Shown here: positions 24,043 to 38,800 of the stretch, piece by piece
Numbering within the stretch: the stretch's first letter is position 1
Layout of the letters: each line of letters opens with the position of its first letter
Source: Tubiluchus corallicola
Taxonomy: Eukaryota; Animalia; Priapulida
DNA: 64,000 nucleotides
Assembly (NCBI GenBank): GCA_030141605.1
Contig: JAQGDQ010000115.1
Location: forward strand, 496,001 to 560,000
Reading direction: 5' to 3'
Position numbers and translations under genes: made by a program
The notes under the pieces: generated by a model
What the model was told of the DNA's origin: nothing
What the model saw: the letters and a program-made list of their open reading frames with translations, nothing else
Database searches by the model: none

Positions 24043-26196
24043 AAATTGCCCGAAACATTTATTTATTCACGTCTTCGGTTCCATTAGCATTTAAATCGAG
24101 AGACACGCAGTTTCAGTGGTGAAAGAAGTCTTGCAAAAAACCGTGTGTGACTCTTATGTATGCTTGTTCATAGACCATGGGCCATGTAAGCAGCTTTGCA
24201 TGACGATGTTTGTAGCCCACTCGTTGTTAATCAGCTAGTACAGTCCTACGGCTATTATTATATAACTTTTATATTGACTTTTGCATAAATTTATTTTTTT
24301 TGCAGTAATCTTTTGTTTTAGCAATTCTGTTGTATAGATTTAAAACGGCATCTGCAGTAATAAAAATCAGTTGTTAATTACGTTAATGGATGCCATTAAA
24401 GTACTTATCAAAGTTTGTGCTTGGCCTGCATGTGCGTCTACATTGTTCAGTGGGCCTATATACTCATATAAAATTATATATGTGCCATTATTTAGAAATG
24501 TTTATTTCATAACTTCGATTTGACAATGAAACACAGTCAGGTGACTACTAATTGATTTCAAAATGCAAATGAGAAAACACCTTGAAATTAAATCATCCAC
24601 TTTTTATAAAAAAAACCTTGCTCTTGGATTTTTCTAAAGGTATGAATTCAATTACATTCTAGTGTTTTAGCATCAGGTATATATTTCGTAATGTGGCTGT
24701 TTAAGCTGATTATAGCGATGGATGCGGCTGAGTGTGGTTATGCTACAAGGGCAAAAATGTGAAATACGTCCATATATTGGTCCTTAGCTTTACAAATTGT
24801 AGCCAAGTACATACCCTAGGGTAGTGCTCTTGCACTGCTATATAACGAACAGTGACTTTCGGCAAGATCAATGTCAATCCAGTGGCATATTTAACATTTT
24901 GACAGATGTTAAATATTTTTAATATTTAAAAACGCAGAAAACAGCTCAACTTGACAGGAAAAAGATGCTTCATGCAGTAGATATTGTATTGTTGTGCGAA
25001 AAGCTAACATTGGGGTCAAGGGTCAAAAGCTAAAGGCTAAAGGTCAGTCACATTACAATTAAAAAACAACAGATTAGAGATGAAGAAAGCCGATTATTGA
25101 TTAATTTGATTTAGGAAAGATGATATTTGTCTTTCACTTTGTGTATCTCAAGCAGTACGCAGTACTTTTGCAGTACATCATCTACAAATCTACAGGCCAA
25201 TGCCTGTCAGCTAGGCTCATTTTGCTTAATACCAAAAATCAGTAACAGGTAGTTTTACATAGAGCTACTTAGAACACCTAGCGCACACCAAACACTGATT
25301 TTTCCGTCAGTGTTTTCTCTGGAGTGAAAATATTCCATGTAAAATTACTGCGCTGTTATGTGGAATGTCGACTTGCAATTCGTAACTCGATATTAGGCGC
25401 TGAAAGAGGAAGAAATTCTTTTGAGTGAAGTGCTGAATAAGTTCATTCGCTGAGGCTTCGATAATCAAGTTTTCCGTGCTAAATCAGTGAGAGCCAGCAA
25501 ACGAAATTTGGAGCAATTCGTTCTCCATAGAAGTCGAACAAGTCTGCTCGTCTCGAGTCACAACCTCTGAAAACGCACTCAGCCGCCCATTCATCCTAGT
25601 TTGACTGACTTCTTTGGACAAGAGAACATTTTAGGCAAAAAATCCAATTCGGAATCCATCGCAGGGCTCTGAAAAACCTTCTGAATACGTTTATGAAGAC
25701 GCATTCACTACCAACGTTTGTGCCAAACGAATAAAAAAGCTGCATTTATACTGAGGACTAATGTTTCTAAAAATTTCATGTTCTGCATTTATGCGTCCAG
25801 AGAACACTTATTATTTATTTGGAGCAAAATTTTGTTTCTAATTTCTATATCACAAGAGTGTACAAAAGGGAGACGTGATGGAATAAACGCGGTGACAGCG
25901 CAGAGAAGGGTACGTCAGAAGAAGAAAGAGGAGAGGGCAGAAGAGAAGCAGCAGAAAGGGAAATGACCAGAAGATCGTGAAAATCTGACAGTGAAAACAT
26001 TGTTAGGAATCCCAGTAGAAGCCAAGCTTCGTATAGCAACTGATTAATGAAATCTTAAGAATCATTACACAAATAAAAGTACGTCATACTAAACTACAAA
26101 TTCTAAATCACAAATAGATATTTATACAAGTTGATCACAATTCGCCATGTTACACTTTTAATGCACTTGTCACATCAGTATAAAAGGCAAATACAA

Positions 26197-26220
26197 ATAT
26201 ATATATATATATATATATAT
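26197..26220. repeat. (AT)12 microsatellite
   Basis: Directly visible. Confidence 0.9.
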
Positions 26221-27840
26221 CCAAATATTTATTAGCCTTTCTTTAACTGATTGACAACTGTTATCGATCCGCGAAAGTTTTTAAATTAATGTGAATATTT
26301 TTAAAGCTGCATTGAGTTGGCAGGATTTTTCGGTTAATTGTTTACGTACGACAGGAAGAAAATGGCTACAAAATGTCACAAATCACATATCTGAGCACTA
26401 TACAGTTAACAAAGCTTTGACGCTTTCTTAGCTGATTGTAATCGAGTACATCAGGTTTATCAGCTAGATTGTATAAATCCCTTGTGCTTATAACAGTGAA
26501 ATAATTTCTTTTGGTCAAAAAATTATTCAGTTGACCTTATTGGTTAACCGTGCCTTTCGGTTGCCAAGTCGACGCTTTTAAATGAGTCTGTCCAGATCTC
26601 AATCCATCTACGTAGACTAGGTTGCTGAAATATTTTACCATCGTCGAAAAGAAGGCGTGCTAATGTATCTTAATTACGACAAAATAAGCCTATAATTGAT
26701 ATCGTGCTTCCTTCTAAAGGTTTCGTCAGACATTTTTATCATAAAAGCAGGGCTTGAGTGTTTCGAGTCTTTCGAAGATTAATGGGTGCAAAATCAAATT
26801 TTATATAAAAAATAATATATTGCAAAAAGCTCTAAATTTTAAGACAGTTATTGTTATTATTCAATTATTTGTATTATTAACTGTGTCACACTGCTAACTT
26901 TTTATGTATGTCTTTGCGTTAGTTTGTATTTATATTACTTTATTTTTTCTGCACTGCTACTTGTACAGTTACTTCCACGTTGAAAATTCGTAAATAAGTT
27001 TTAAAAACCGTCTAATCTGACTGTGTTTAAGCTAAACAGGTCTAAATGTGCTTAAGACTGACTGAATACCTGAAATATTTACAAATTTCATTGCTATAGT
27101 AACCAATATTTTGCTAAGTGAATTTTTGTTTTAAAGCACTGTAGATCTGTTGCGTGTTTTGGCAGAGGAAAGAGAGATGATCTCTAGCTCTGTTCAGAGA
27201 AAAAAAACATTTCCATCGTTCTTTCATTGAGGCAGCATTTTATCAAAACTGTAAAGTTGTTGTTGTACTGTTGCTGTACTGTTGAATGTACATGCAAGCG
27301 CTGATTCAAAGTTTTCAGCTCTTCGAAAAATGCTACCATCAGTGTAGCTGTCACTGAGCTGTGCGTAATTGTGACCGCTGTCCTTATGTCATTCTCTTTA
27401 TCTCGACAACCGTTTCGTCGTTAAATAAAATATGGGCCTATTGGCCCTTAATGTAGTCAATAATCGATCGATTTGCTACGACGTACCAAGTGGTCCTAGC
27501 TCTCTCCAAGACCCGATAACAACAAGCCTGTGGACAAAGGCAGACCTGTCTGATTAACGATCTCCGTGATATTAATTAATTATATATAACAGCTGCGTTA
27601 TAGCTTGCCATAAACATTGTGACGCATGGATGAAACCATTTATCTATGACGCAGAATTTACTGTAACCGGGGTCAGGTCATAGTAATAATAACAAACGCG
27701 AAAACATCGAAACTCATTAAACATTAATCATCAATAATTTTGTTGCCACGATGAGACATTATTTTATCCATGCAGACTGGAATTTATTATGCACGGACTG
27801 AAGAAGATGATCCTAAACGCAGCCTAATACGTTTAGCTGG

Positions 27841-28449
27841 TTAAAGGAAGACAGGATGATTTTTCATATAATACCCCATTTCAAATTCCGTAAAAGGTAT
27901 ACACTTTAACACAATTAATATTGTAAAAGCGTTTCTGATAATTAAATAATAGATTAAAAACTTTAATTAACGGCAGGCGAGCGCACATATTGACGACAGC
28001 ATAAACTAACATAATTTTCAACAGCGAAAAACAGCGAAAACTTTCCAGGAGCGTGTTGTACGTGTTTATGAAAGTGAAAATTGAAGTACAGTGCTATTGT
28101 AAGATACTCAGTATATTGTACTAAAACTAGGCAATTTACCGCTGTGCTCACGCATGAGCTGTCGCACGCGTGTAGTTCGTCACAAACTAACACCTTTGAA
28201 CTGAGAGGTACAGCGCCTGTTTTTTGTACAGAGCGTTTCCGAAATGCAGGCGCTAGGGCCCGTCTAACTAGCGAATGGCAAAATGCATGTAACAGCGAAG
28301 AACTAGTGGCGCGAACGCGAAATTGTGTTTGTGTGGTAATAATTCTTTCACGCAACTCATTCTTGAAAAAATAGTATGTTTCCTTTCAATATTTTAAAGA
28401 ATAGATTGTTTTGACCTACGGTTTAAGACTGGATCCGGTTTTGCTTTAA
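27841..28449. mobile_element. TTAA-flanked Kolobok-like MITE (~600 bp), full length
   Basis: Left end TTAA|AGGAAGACAGGAT; right end reverse complement TTAA|AGCAAAACCGGAT. TTAA TSD at 27841-27844 and 28446-28449. An AG-starting TIR with TTAA TSD fits Kolobok/T2-type elements. Second diverged copy at ~53200-53656. Confidence 0.75.
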
Positions 28450-30309
28450 GTGTCAAAGCATTCTGAAGAGTAAAAACAATTTGTAAGTTGTAGAATGGAC
28501 TACAATAGAGCGGTGGAGAACAACAGAAAGAACTGCCACGTTTTGGAGACAGTCGAGTAGATTAACTGTGATGGTCTTAAATCACGTAGTATTGGAAGTA
28601 AAATTGATGATGATGATGATGACGACGACGACAACGATGATGATGATGATCTGTCACTCCCGTCACATTTGTGTCTGTTATCATCATCGTCATGAAATAA
28701 GCCTACTGCCTACTGAAATAACTAATTGGCCTATACATTATTCCACTTAAGGCGTCGCCATTACACCAGCACGTGCTAAATGACAAGCTGTGATTATACT
28801 GTTGAACTTTAAAACGTTTAGCCTCTATGCTTTTACAATCAAACTTGAAATAAACTCTAGCCATAAAATTAATTGAGCACAAATTCGAAAACAAGGAAAA
28901 GCTTTTAAGCCCACTGAAAAAGTCTGCAGTTTGCGTTCAGGGCGGCAGCTCGTGGAACAGAATAATTGGAGATTAAACGCTGCCTCATTTTACCGCATTG
29001 AAGCTAAAACAGTCCCAAACTCCTAGTTTAAAAAATCGAGCAAAGTAAAATATTTCTAGCTGTGCTGACTTTTATGGCAATAGCACACTTTGATTGTAAG
29101 CGGTAGCTTTGGTTTGTAAAAGCCGTCTCAAATCACAATTTTTTTCAGACTAAAACTGATGCTAAAATTGATAAAGTCACAGTTCGACATAGAAGGCGCA
29201 CAAATCAACGTTGAATATACGGTATATTGTGATACTGGTGTACAGCACGATGGTAAATGGACGGTAGTTTACGAAGAAGAACTTGAAAAAGTTGTCTCGA
29301 ATTTGACATTTTAGGCGACACATAAAATTAGTTGTTAAGGGATTTTCTACGACATAAATGTTGCGAATTGTGATTCTGTAACATAAAATAAAACTCAATA
29401 TCGCATAATGTACGTGGCTTAATTGCACTTTTATCTACGTAAAAATTTAAGTTTTGTAACTACTAACCGTTGTTTTTGTTTCTAATTTATGACTAACAAG
29501 CCCATTGAATATATTGTGTTACGATAATTCGAAATAAATAAAACTACACCTCTAAAACAAGACCATTTTCTGTGACGGAAAAGCGCACATAAATACCCCG
29601 AAACTCGAATTTCAACAGACTGCATATCATGCTAGAATCTATGCACCATGAAGCTCATTACCTGCCGGACACTCCGCTGCGTTCCAATCAACCGATCTTG
29701 TGTTTTCAATTTTATTTTCACCTAGACTAATTAACCATGATCATCCGCGGATGATGATGTATCGCAGCATCCGTCTTCATCACCAGGGAGACTAATCACT
29801 AACCGTGACGCTGCTTAAAATCTGCTGCAAAAAATTCGTTCAACCTTCAGGTGATAATTACACCGTCAAACTAGAAAATTACAAGTAATTTATAGCTCGA
29901 TTACCTTCCATTGATAATAACGATGAAGCCATTCTTTTCCGCACTACTTAATAATGACAGCACATATTTCATATTATAGTCCTGCGGACTGACTTTGCTT
30001 GATAGCATTGCAGTTGATATATAGTTTTAAGGTAAAAAGTGCACAATAATTGCTTTTTATGGTGATCCTACAATAAGACTTGAGAATTGTGAATTTTTGC
30101 TGAAAATCAGTACATCAAATGTCCATCCGTGAACATCAACTTTTTCACAATATGTGTAATATAATATGGGCTTAAACAATGAAGAAGAACTGAGATAGGA
30201 CTCACACACACAAAAATTTTCCAAGCACGCAATTTTGTAACAATCTTTTTAAATTAAATTAATTTAAATTAATGAGAAAACAAAATTTATCAGTTTGTAT
30301 GTAGGCATG

Positions 30310-30427
30310 AAGAAAGGACGTAAGAAAGGACGTAAGAAAGAAAGAAAGAAAGAAAGAAAGGAAGGAAGGAAGGAAGAAAGAAAGGAAGGAAGGAAGGAAG
30401 GAAGAAAGAAAGGAAGGAAGGAAGGAA

Positions 30428-30512
<85 letters not shown>
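30310..30512. repeat. (GAAA)n/(GGAA)n compound microsatellite
   Basis: Directly visible polypurine tract. Confidence 0.95.
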
Positions 30513-30513
<1 letters not shown>

Positions 30514-30909
30514 GAGGTCAACGGTCTTAAATGGTTTGAATTTTCTAGTAACTGCTACAGTGTCAATTCTAATGGTAACCATGTTTTGCAAACTTATTAC
30601 CTTGCAAACTGTCAGTACAGTTTCTATCAAAATACTGTAAGTGACAAAAAAGATACTAAAACTTTCTACAGTAACAATAAAAATGTTAATCTACTAATGA
30701 AATCTTATGCAGTCGTTTCATATTTTTATTGCTATATACACATGTCACTTATGCGAAGCTTTTTATCATGAAATTTTTAATTAGATAAAGAAGACGAACA
30801 TAAAAACGAAATTGAAGCCTAAAAATGATTTCCTTTCTTGGTTTCTTCATTTGTTCCCTCTTCAGGCTTCGTTTCTTCTCAAGGTAACAGGCCAGTGGAA
30901 ACAAATGCG

Positions 30910-31160
30910 GTATCTTTCTTAACCAGGAAAGATAATATTTTAGAAGTTTTTTTGTGCATTTTGGCTCTAATAAATAGTCCTTATTGTGACTGGGATAGAA
31001 CAGAGTCCTGAGCATTGCTGTATGATTGCGCATTTGTTGATAATAGAAAAACAAAAGTAGGTAGGAATCTGATTGGAGATAATGAACAAAGTTCAAGTGT
31101 GTTGTGTAAAAGAGGCAGAATAGTTGTTGATGTTTTCATCTGTTTAATTAAAGATGATTT
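30910..31160 (+). pseudogene. Highly decayed LINE ORF2 C-terminal zinc-knuckle fragment
   Basis: Allowing frameshifts, it reads SFLT..YFRSFFVHFG-LINSPYCD(C)GIEQSPEH(L)LYDCAF..R, a CxC-x7-H-x4-C knuckle typical of R1/I/Jockey-group non-LTR elements. Confidence 0.45.
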
Positions 31161-32603
31161 TATTTTGAGAAAGTGCAGATCTCAAAACCTGAAAATATCA
31201 GATTATCGTATTGCTCAAATAGCAAAATTGTTAAACAATTAGATTGTATTATAGTAAAATGAAGATTTGTCATATACATATAAAATGGCATGTTTTCAGC
31301 AGTGAAATAAAGTCTCTATACGGCTAGGGGAAGTGACATAAAATAACGTTTGTTAGATCTGCAATGAAGTTTCTCACCGTTTATTATTTTTTATTCTACA
31401 AACAAATAAGATTGCACTGTATTATGCTGTAAATTTGTTAAACTTTTATAAACATCTGCCTGCAAATGGAGACACTCTCTGTATAATTTTGTTTAATAAA
31501 AAAAATTTCATCATCAACATCATCATCCCTTCATTTATCCCTTTCGTTGGTTCAACAGTCTCATTTGATTCCTGTAAGTAAGAGCGAATCAATGAAGAAA
31601 TTTATATTCAGTATAGACGAATTCCTAGGAAAATGTTGCATGCTATTTTTCTATTTATGATTAAAATGGTCTCAAGAGGAAAGCATTTCATTTCTTTGTT
31701 GCCTGCCAGGAATTCCATGTATATTTTACCAACGCCGCTTTGCCAATTCCTTATTTCGCGAAGAGAATAACAATGAGAGACATTTGAGACTACGTCAAGA
31801 AAATGCCATAGGCAAGAATTAATAGAGCCTGACCACTTTCCTGTGCTGGACTTTATTGATATTCAAAGTGCGTCAGGTTTTTAACTTAATCGGTTCGTCA
31901 GGAACTCTTGGGTGAGCAGCACTCGGTAAGCAGATGTGAACAACATCGACATTTCCAAAAAAACAAATAAAGAAACGAGTACAAACGAGTACATTATTTA
32001 GACGCTTTACAGAATAAGCGAATTTTGGAAGTATAATAGTATTTTGAGAAATCATATCCCTAGCTCCAATGAGCAGTATGGTGAAAAACTTTATTCTGAA
32101 AGACAAAACTGTATTGGTGTATGGTACATACATCATCATCATACGCCCGTCACATCTATTGTAGACATTGGGCAGACAGAATTCTAAAATAAAAGAAATC
32201 TGCCTTCAGACAGGTAAACGCAGCAGTAATCCAGCAAAAAAACTAGACACTGCTACGCCAGTGGCTTCTCAGCACGACTTCCGCTATGGTACAGACAGAC
32301 GCTGCCTGGAAATCCGGCAAACCCGAAACTTTCATTCCAAGCTTGGCCTGTCCGAAAATGCGAATTCTTGCCTTTGAAACGACACGAAGAACTTTTGCTA
32401 GGACGTACTATAGTATTCTGCAAATGATTCTTCAAAAATGACGATATATTTGATGACGATGATGATAAATCTTTACTTACACAATATTATATACATACAT
32501 ATGTATGCGGGGAGAGGAGATGTCAGTCCGAATTTGCCAATTGTCCTTATTTATCGTCAAGTGACATTTGAAGCCACTGAAACCTGTCATGAAAATTAGT
32601 AAA

Positions 32604-33003
32604 ACAAGACTTCGTGGACATAATTTAAAGCTTACAAAGCCACAAGTTCGACTCAATGTGAGTCTGTACAGTTTTGAATACGAGTAATAAATGTGTGGAA
32701 CTTTTTGCCATTTGAAGTTGTAAATGCCCCAAACTTAACTACTTTTAAAACTCGTCTCCACAGCCATCTTTACCAAAACTCGTAACGTTTTTTTTTGTAA
32801 TTTTGCACTTTCTGTTAATTGCTATTGTAATAGGTACGTAAAGTTTAGTACTAATGTTTATACTTACATTATTGTACTGTATGATATACTGCACGATGTC
32901 GTCCCCTTCGTACGGGAACTACTATGGGTAATTTAAGTTATTGTAGTTTGTTACCAGTCGAGCTACAATTACCCATAAATAATAAATAATAATAAAATAA
33001 TAA
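32604..33003 (+). mobile_element. 5'-truncated CR1-clade LINE 3' end
   Basis: TRLRGHNLKLTKPQVRLNVSLYSF / frameshift / IRVINVWNFLPFEVVNAPNLTTFKTRLHSHL matches the CR1/L2 ORF2 C-terminal signature (TRGH..KL..R...FFS.RV.N.WN.LP..VV.A.....FK..L). Followed by a ~190-bp 3'UTR and a (TAA/TAAA)n tail at ~32975-33003. Confidence 0.85.
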
Positions 33004-34633
33004 TTTTAAAAATTGGCTATTGAAAGACAACAGGAAAAGCCAACTTCATGCTCACTCCCCCAACACTACCAAATCACCACATGAATGTGCAAGTTCTAAT
33101 TGAATAACCCAATTTTTTCGCAGGCACGCGTTTTCCAATAAATCAACTTATTGCCCTACACGTGTATGACAGTTGTTATGACTCATCATCTAACCTATAG
33201 AGCATTTCAAAAATACTTTTGCAGCCGTAAGCTTTAATTGCAGTCTTATGTTGTGTCTGAGCACCATTGATTAGTAGCATTTAACTCAGACGTTGAGAGA
33301 AGAACCTACATTTCAGAATCTGAGCCAGTGATTAATTATTACGGCTTGGCATAGATTAAGGTGTCATTGACAGCATGCGATAAAAAGTGAGCGAGAGAGA
33401 TTCTAGACTGGGCGCCGCTGGCGTACGACTGATTATTATTCACATTTCACGAGGCCTGTAGTATCCTTCTGGTGGTGTCTGTAGTTAAAGGAAAAGCCAA
33501 GCATCGTGAGAACTTAGGCTTACTTCAATATTCGCAAAAAATGTTAGAAGGGTTTCGTAATAAAAGTGCGATAACTGCCTCGTTTAGTTAGCGAAATCAC
33601 TTTGAAGTCGCCATCATTTCACGCTTGGTCGCTTCCATTTTGAATGCCCATTTTTCCATCAAAGCTGTCGTTCGTTGACTGAAGAAAAGCAAGGCACTGT
33701 CAATTTCCGTCAAAAGTATAATAAGCTTTTACAAAAAAAATGGATAGCTAATTTCGTGATATTTTTGCTTGAACACAATTTTTATATTTTACACATTAGG
33801 TAAGCTGCAGAAGTTTGAATTAGTTTAAGCAGGGCGCGCTTACGGAAAGCCACGAAGTGTATAAGCCACCTCATAATTTTCAAGTGCATGGCGGCTACCA
33901 CCACAAATGGAAATTTCTATACCGTATTAAAAATTAACATTAATCTTTATAGGCAATTTTTTGCAAATTTCTTTGCTATATTTTTCTAAGTTTAAGTAAT
34001 AACAGTAAAAACAAACCCAAAGTGCTAAGTGACTTGTCCTTTTCTTTAATCTTATCTCTCTGCGTCACATTTGAAGAGATTTTTACAAGCAATTATTGAT
34101 CACAGCAGGGATTAGTTGCAGAAATTCATCGAGACATCTACATAGCCTCTTCTAAATTTACTAAAATTAATGATATTTTTAATTAAATAATTAATCTGCC
34201 TAAACAGGATATACAATCTGTAACCTGTGCACATAAATGTAAACAGAAAAGACTTTCACTGCAACGAATATGATTAATTGTTGAAGCCTTTGCGGTTATG
34301 CTAGGATGATCTGTGCTTGTTCGAGACAGTGCTTCGCCGATTATCGTAATTCTGGATGAAATAATTGCACATCAAATTAAAGGCTAAATTCGATTCCTCT
34401 ACAGGTCTCCCCTTGAAACTAGAATTATCGTTTCATATTAACGTTAACTGCATTTTCACTATTACTTATTTTCGAGTTCAGTTTTGGCATTTTTCTCAAT
34501 TTTGTCAATTAAATATTTTTTGTTCTGGACCCGGCAGGAAATGAATCAATTAATTTCTAAATAGATTTTTGTAGGTCATCCCAGTTTATTTCTATTGACT
34601 AATGTTAAATTGTTGTGTAATTTTGTTGGTAGT

Positions 34634-34825
<192 letters not shown>

Positions 34826-35637
34826 ACTAAAAGCAAGTTCCGGGGTAAGTGTTCACCTCTGCTGGTCAGAATGTTTTGCTTTAACGCTGATAAAAAAGGG
34901 TAGAAATTTATCTTGCTCCATGACTAGGCTCAAATTGGTTTTTGAAGCTCATGTTTTACACTGAATGCTTAGGCGGTTTCATTAAAAGTTTATAACCGTA
35001 AAAATGGCTAGCAATTTTGATTTCTGGTTTTCACTGAGTTGCCTTCATTGTAGCGACCTAGATTGGTCACTTAACTGGTAATCACATTATGTGTTTCGAC
35101 ACTTTACAGATCTCAGTTGCCTCACATTTACCTAGATATGCATATTCACCAACGCGTGATTAGAGTCCCAGCTGCGAACATAATGACCGTGCCTCAATTT
35201 TCCTGGATTTCATACTAGTCACGTCAAACGGGTCACGCAAATATGGCGAACAGATCGGCGACGAATCCAGGGCTATTAAGCAGTAAACAAATCACGGGGC
35301 ATTACCGAGACTGCGGGATAATGTGTTTCTGCAATTATCTACCACTTGCAAGTGAATGCTCAGCTCAGTTGCGTGGATGTTTGCGCGGACTTAATGATTG
35401 CGGAGGAATATTTGCGTAAACTGTTTTTCGGTGTTTGCTTCCCGGTTTCTCAGTTTTTGATTGAAAGTTGCATATTAAAGAAACTTTGCATTCACAGAAC
35501 GCGTTGGGCAAACCAGATGTTTTCAGCATTCTGAATTTTAGTACTAGACTTAAATGCCAAGTTTATTATTTCCACAAAACCTCATACTCCAGAAAAAGCC
35601 AGAATTTTGAGAACACCTAACCTGGAAGTGTTAATTC

Positions 35638-35812
<175 letters not shown>

Positions 35813-38800
35813 TACATTTCATTAGGTAAATGAAATACATGGGTACAAAAACACAATTAAATTTAATGAATAAAATGAATAAGCGTTACGTAATTCTAAA
35901 TAAGCTGTGCAGTATATTATACGAAATGTAGGGGAGGACGAAGTATAAGACTTATAGAGTATTTTCCCTGTCAGATTAGTTGAATAAGCATGATCATTAA
36001 AAATTATTCTTATATATTTCATCTAGTTACATTTCATTTATTTCACATATTTCATATATTTCAAAAACATGTTTCATTTAGTTGCAAAAAGTTATAATAT
36101 GCACGTATTAAAAAACAGATTTAAAGTAATTGTACATATTAAAAGATACCTACAATATAATCTACATTAAATGACATCATCTATCTATATTTCCAAAAAA
36201 TTTATAAAAACATATTATAAAACGTTTTATAAAACCATGCTCACTAAAACAATTTTATAAATTGTCATCTAGATCGTTCCATAATTTAATACCACGAAAT
36301 GACTGACTCGTTGTTTTTAAAGTTGTTCCTGCCAGCGGTATTTTGCAATTGCCCCCTCCCCCACCTCTTGCTTGTAAATTTAACTGGATTATTAATGAAC
36401 GAAAATCTGTTTTGTAGATTTCAAAAATTATTTTCGCAACTATTTATTAACATGTCAAATAAATAACTTTCTCAAACTCAGAAAGACTTTCTCAATCTCA
36501 GAAAGATTTGCTGATTTGACTTTCCAGGAGAAGCTTTGACGGAACATGTTCTTTAATTGCTACATTCATATTGGGGTTGATTTGTGTTATATAGTATCTT
36601 CTCTTACATCTTATGTTACATTATACCTTTCAGGCCATATGACAGACTGAAAAGCTGTACGAAAAGTGAACTTATCTTCAATGCAGAAGACCTCAGTTGG
36701 TCACCTACATTACTCGGAACATTTGTCTCTTGAAGTTGGGTTAAAGGTCAATGTCGGTTGGCACGGTAACAGGTTTCTCACTGTAACATGGCTCCGCCCA
36801 CACTCAGACATGTCGGCTGCCCGTGTTTTACTCTCAGACAGTATGAAACTGCATTGATCAACCGAAGGAACCCATTCCACTGGCAAAATGCGATTATAAC
36901 CACGACTGTAAATCAATCAAAAATTAAAGCCCGCTTCCAATGCCTGATCTCTTTCAATCAGCTTTTACAGACACTCTCTGGTGATCAGGAAAAAATCCGT
37001 TTATTGCGTAAGGCTGTCACGTGACTGCACACCACACAGTAAAAAATCAATTGTTTTCGTTCAATCATAAAAGATCTTGAAACAAGCATAATCGTTGTCG
37101 TCATCGTCATCGCTGTCAGAATATTGTCGTTACTAAATTGAAATGTAACATTACTTATTTAAACCTAGAGGAAAAAACTGGCAATTAGGCCGAGTCGCTT
37201 AAAATAAGCAAAGTCTATGAAATTAATCAATAAGCTTTCCATTTTAGCTTTTCATAATCTAATTTCCATTTTAAATAATCTAGAGCCAATATCCCAGAAT
37301 GTAATCCAGAATATCCCAACACACAACCGGGAAATGAATCCTGTTTATTCATCACACGTATTGTTAATTAGACAAACATTGGGATTGCAACCAATTCAAT
37401 TTAAAATAGAAATGATCTCAGAGCGAAAAATGTCAAGAATCTCGCTTTTTGCTAAAATTTTTTTATTCTTAAACAATAAAAATAAACAAGATATGGTTGT
37501 ATGTTTCGATTTCTATTCCTTTCTAGAACTCTCAAGAGCAGAGAGTTGTGCAATATGTACAATGCAATATGCAATATGCAATATGTACAATATGTTGTGC
37601 AATATGTGCAATGGTATGCTTTATGCGTTTATATGGATATATAAAAATCAGAATTATTAATGTAAAGTGAATTAATAATGAATATGTTTTAGGAACAATC
37701 TCCAAACCGCTTAACATTAAATCATGCGCAAGCTAATCTAGTACTACTACTACATGTAATATTATTTAGCATGCGTGGTGTTTTTTATTGGTGATAATTT
37801 CCACGTATTAGAACTCTCAAGAGCAGAGAGATGGTAATAGATGTTGACCGATGCGTTAAACTTTAAGGAGTCCTGGCGGAGTGGTACTAACTTATTTATC
37901 AGCGCGCTGGGAGATTAGTACTCTATCTTGTGAGAATGCTTAGAATTTTAATGTGCCAATAAAAACCACGCAAAACTAGCTGTAATACTTGGATTTTTTT
38001 GTGAAAATAATATTTTTTGCTAAATTGACCCCAGCTGCTTAATCGTTACATCTAATATTTCCATATTTACCTCTCTTTTCTCTTTATCTCTTTCTCCCCT
38101 CTCGATTTCTATCCCTTTTCTTCTTTCTTGCCTCTATCTCTAAAAATTGTTAGACAAGACAAGACAAATTAATATTTTTTACTTAAACTATTCTTACGTT
38201 AATATTTTAATAAGATTTTTTTGTTTTTTAAATAGATATTTTTAAACACGAAGTCATAATATCAATTAGAATGCAGAAGATTCTGTAGTGAAAATACTAA
38301 ATAACGAAAACTGCGCTTTCATTAAGCTCTCTGGAGAGTACAGTCTAGCTACAGTAAGTAAATATGGTTTACTGAGGTGACTTTCAAATCGAAGACAATT
38401 TATTATCGGGACAGCATTAGTGCAGTGGCTTTTATCTGTGCCTGAGCTGCAAGATTGCTTGATTTCACGTGTTCCTTCTGTGACATTTGCTGAGAATCAA
38501 ATGGAAAAATTATGCAGGCAATCATTTGATTTTTGACGTTTTCGTACGACCAGTCATTCATGCAGTTTATCAAAAAATCGAAAACATTTAAATTGCGTTT
38601 GAATTTTGCAATGAAATTGCTTGTCCCTAAGAAATGTCCACATTACATGGTGCGTTTCTGCATAAATACATAGGTATTAGCTCAGTACAATCAGTGATAA
38701 AACATAGTCTGTAGCCTTCAATGAAGAATTACGTTGCTAAGCTATGTACAGTGCCTGTTAAAAAAACCAAAGTCTAAGTACCCAAAATCTAATTCCGACC

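Noticed and set aside
29740-29755. Perfect 16-bp palindrome ATCATCCGCGGATGAT
   Set aside because: About one such palindrome is expected by chance in 64 kb, and there is no other support.
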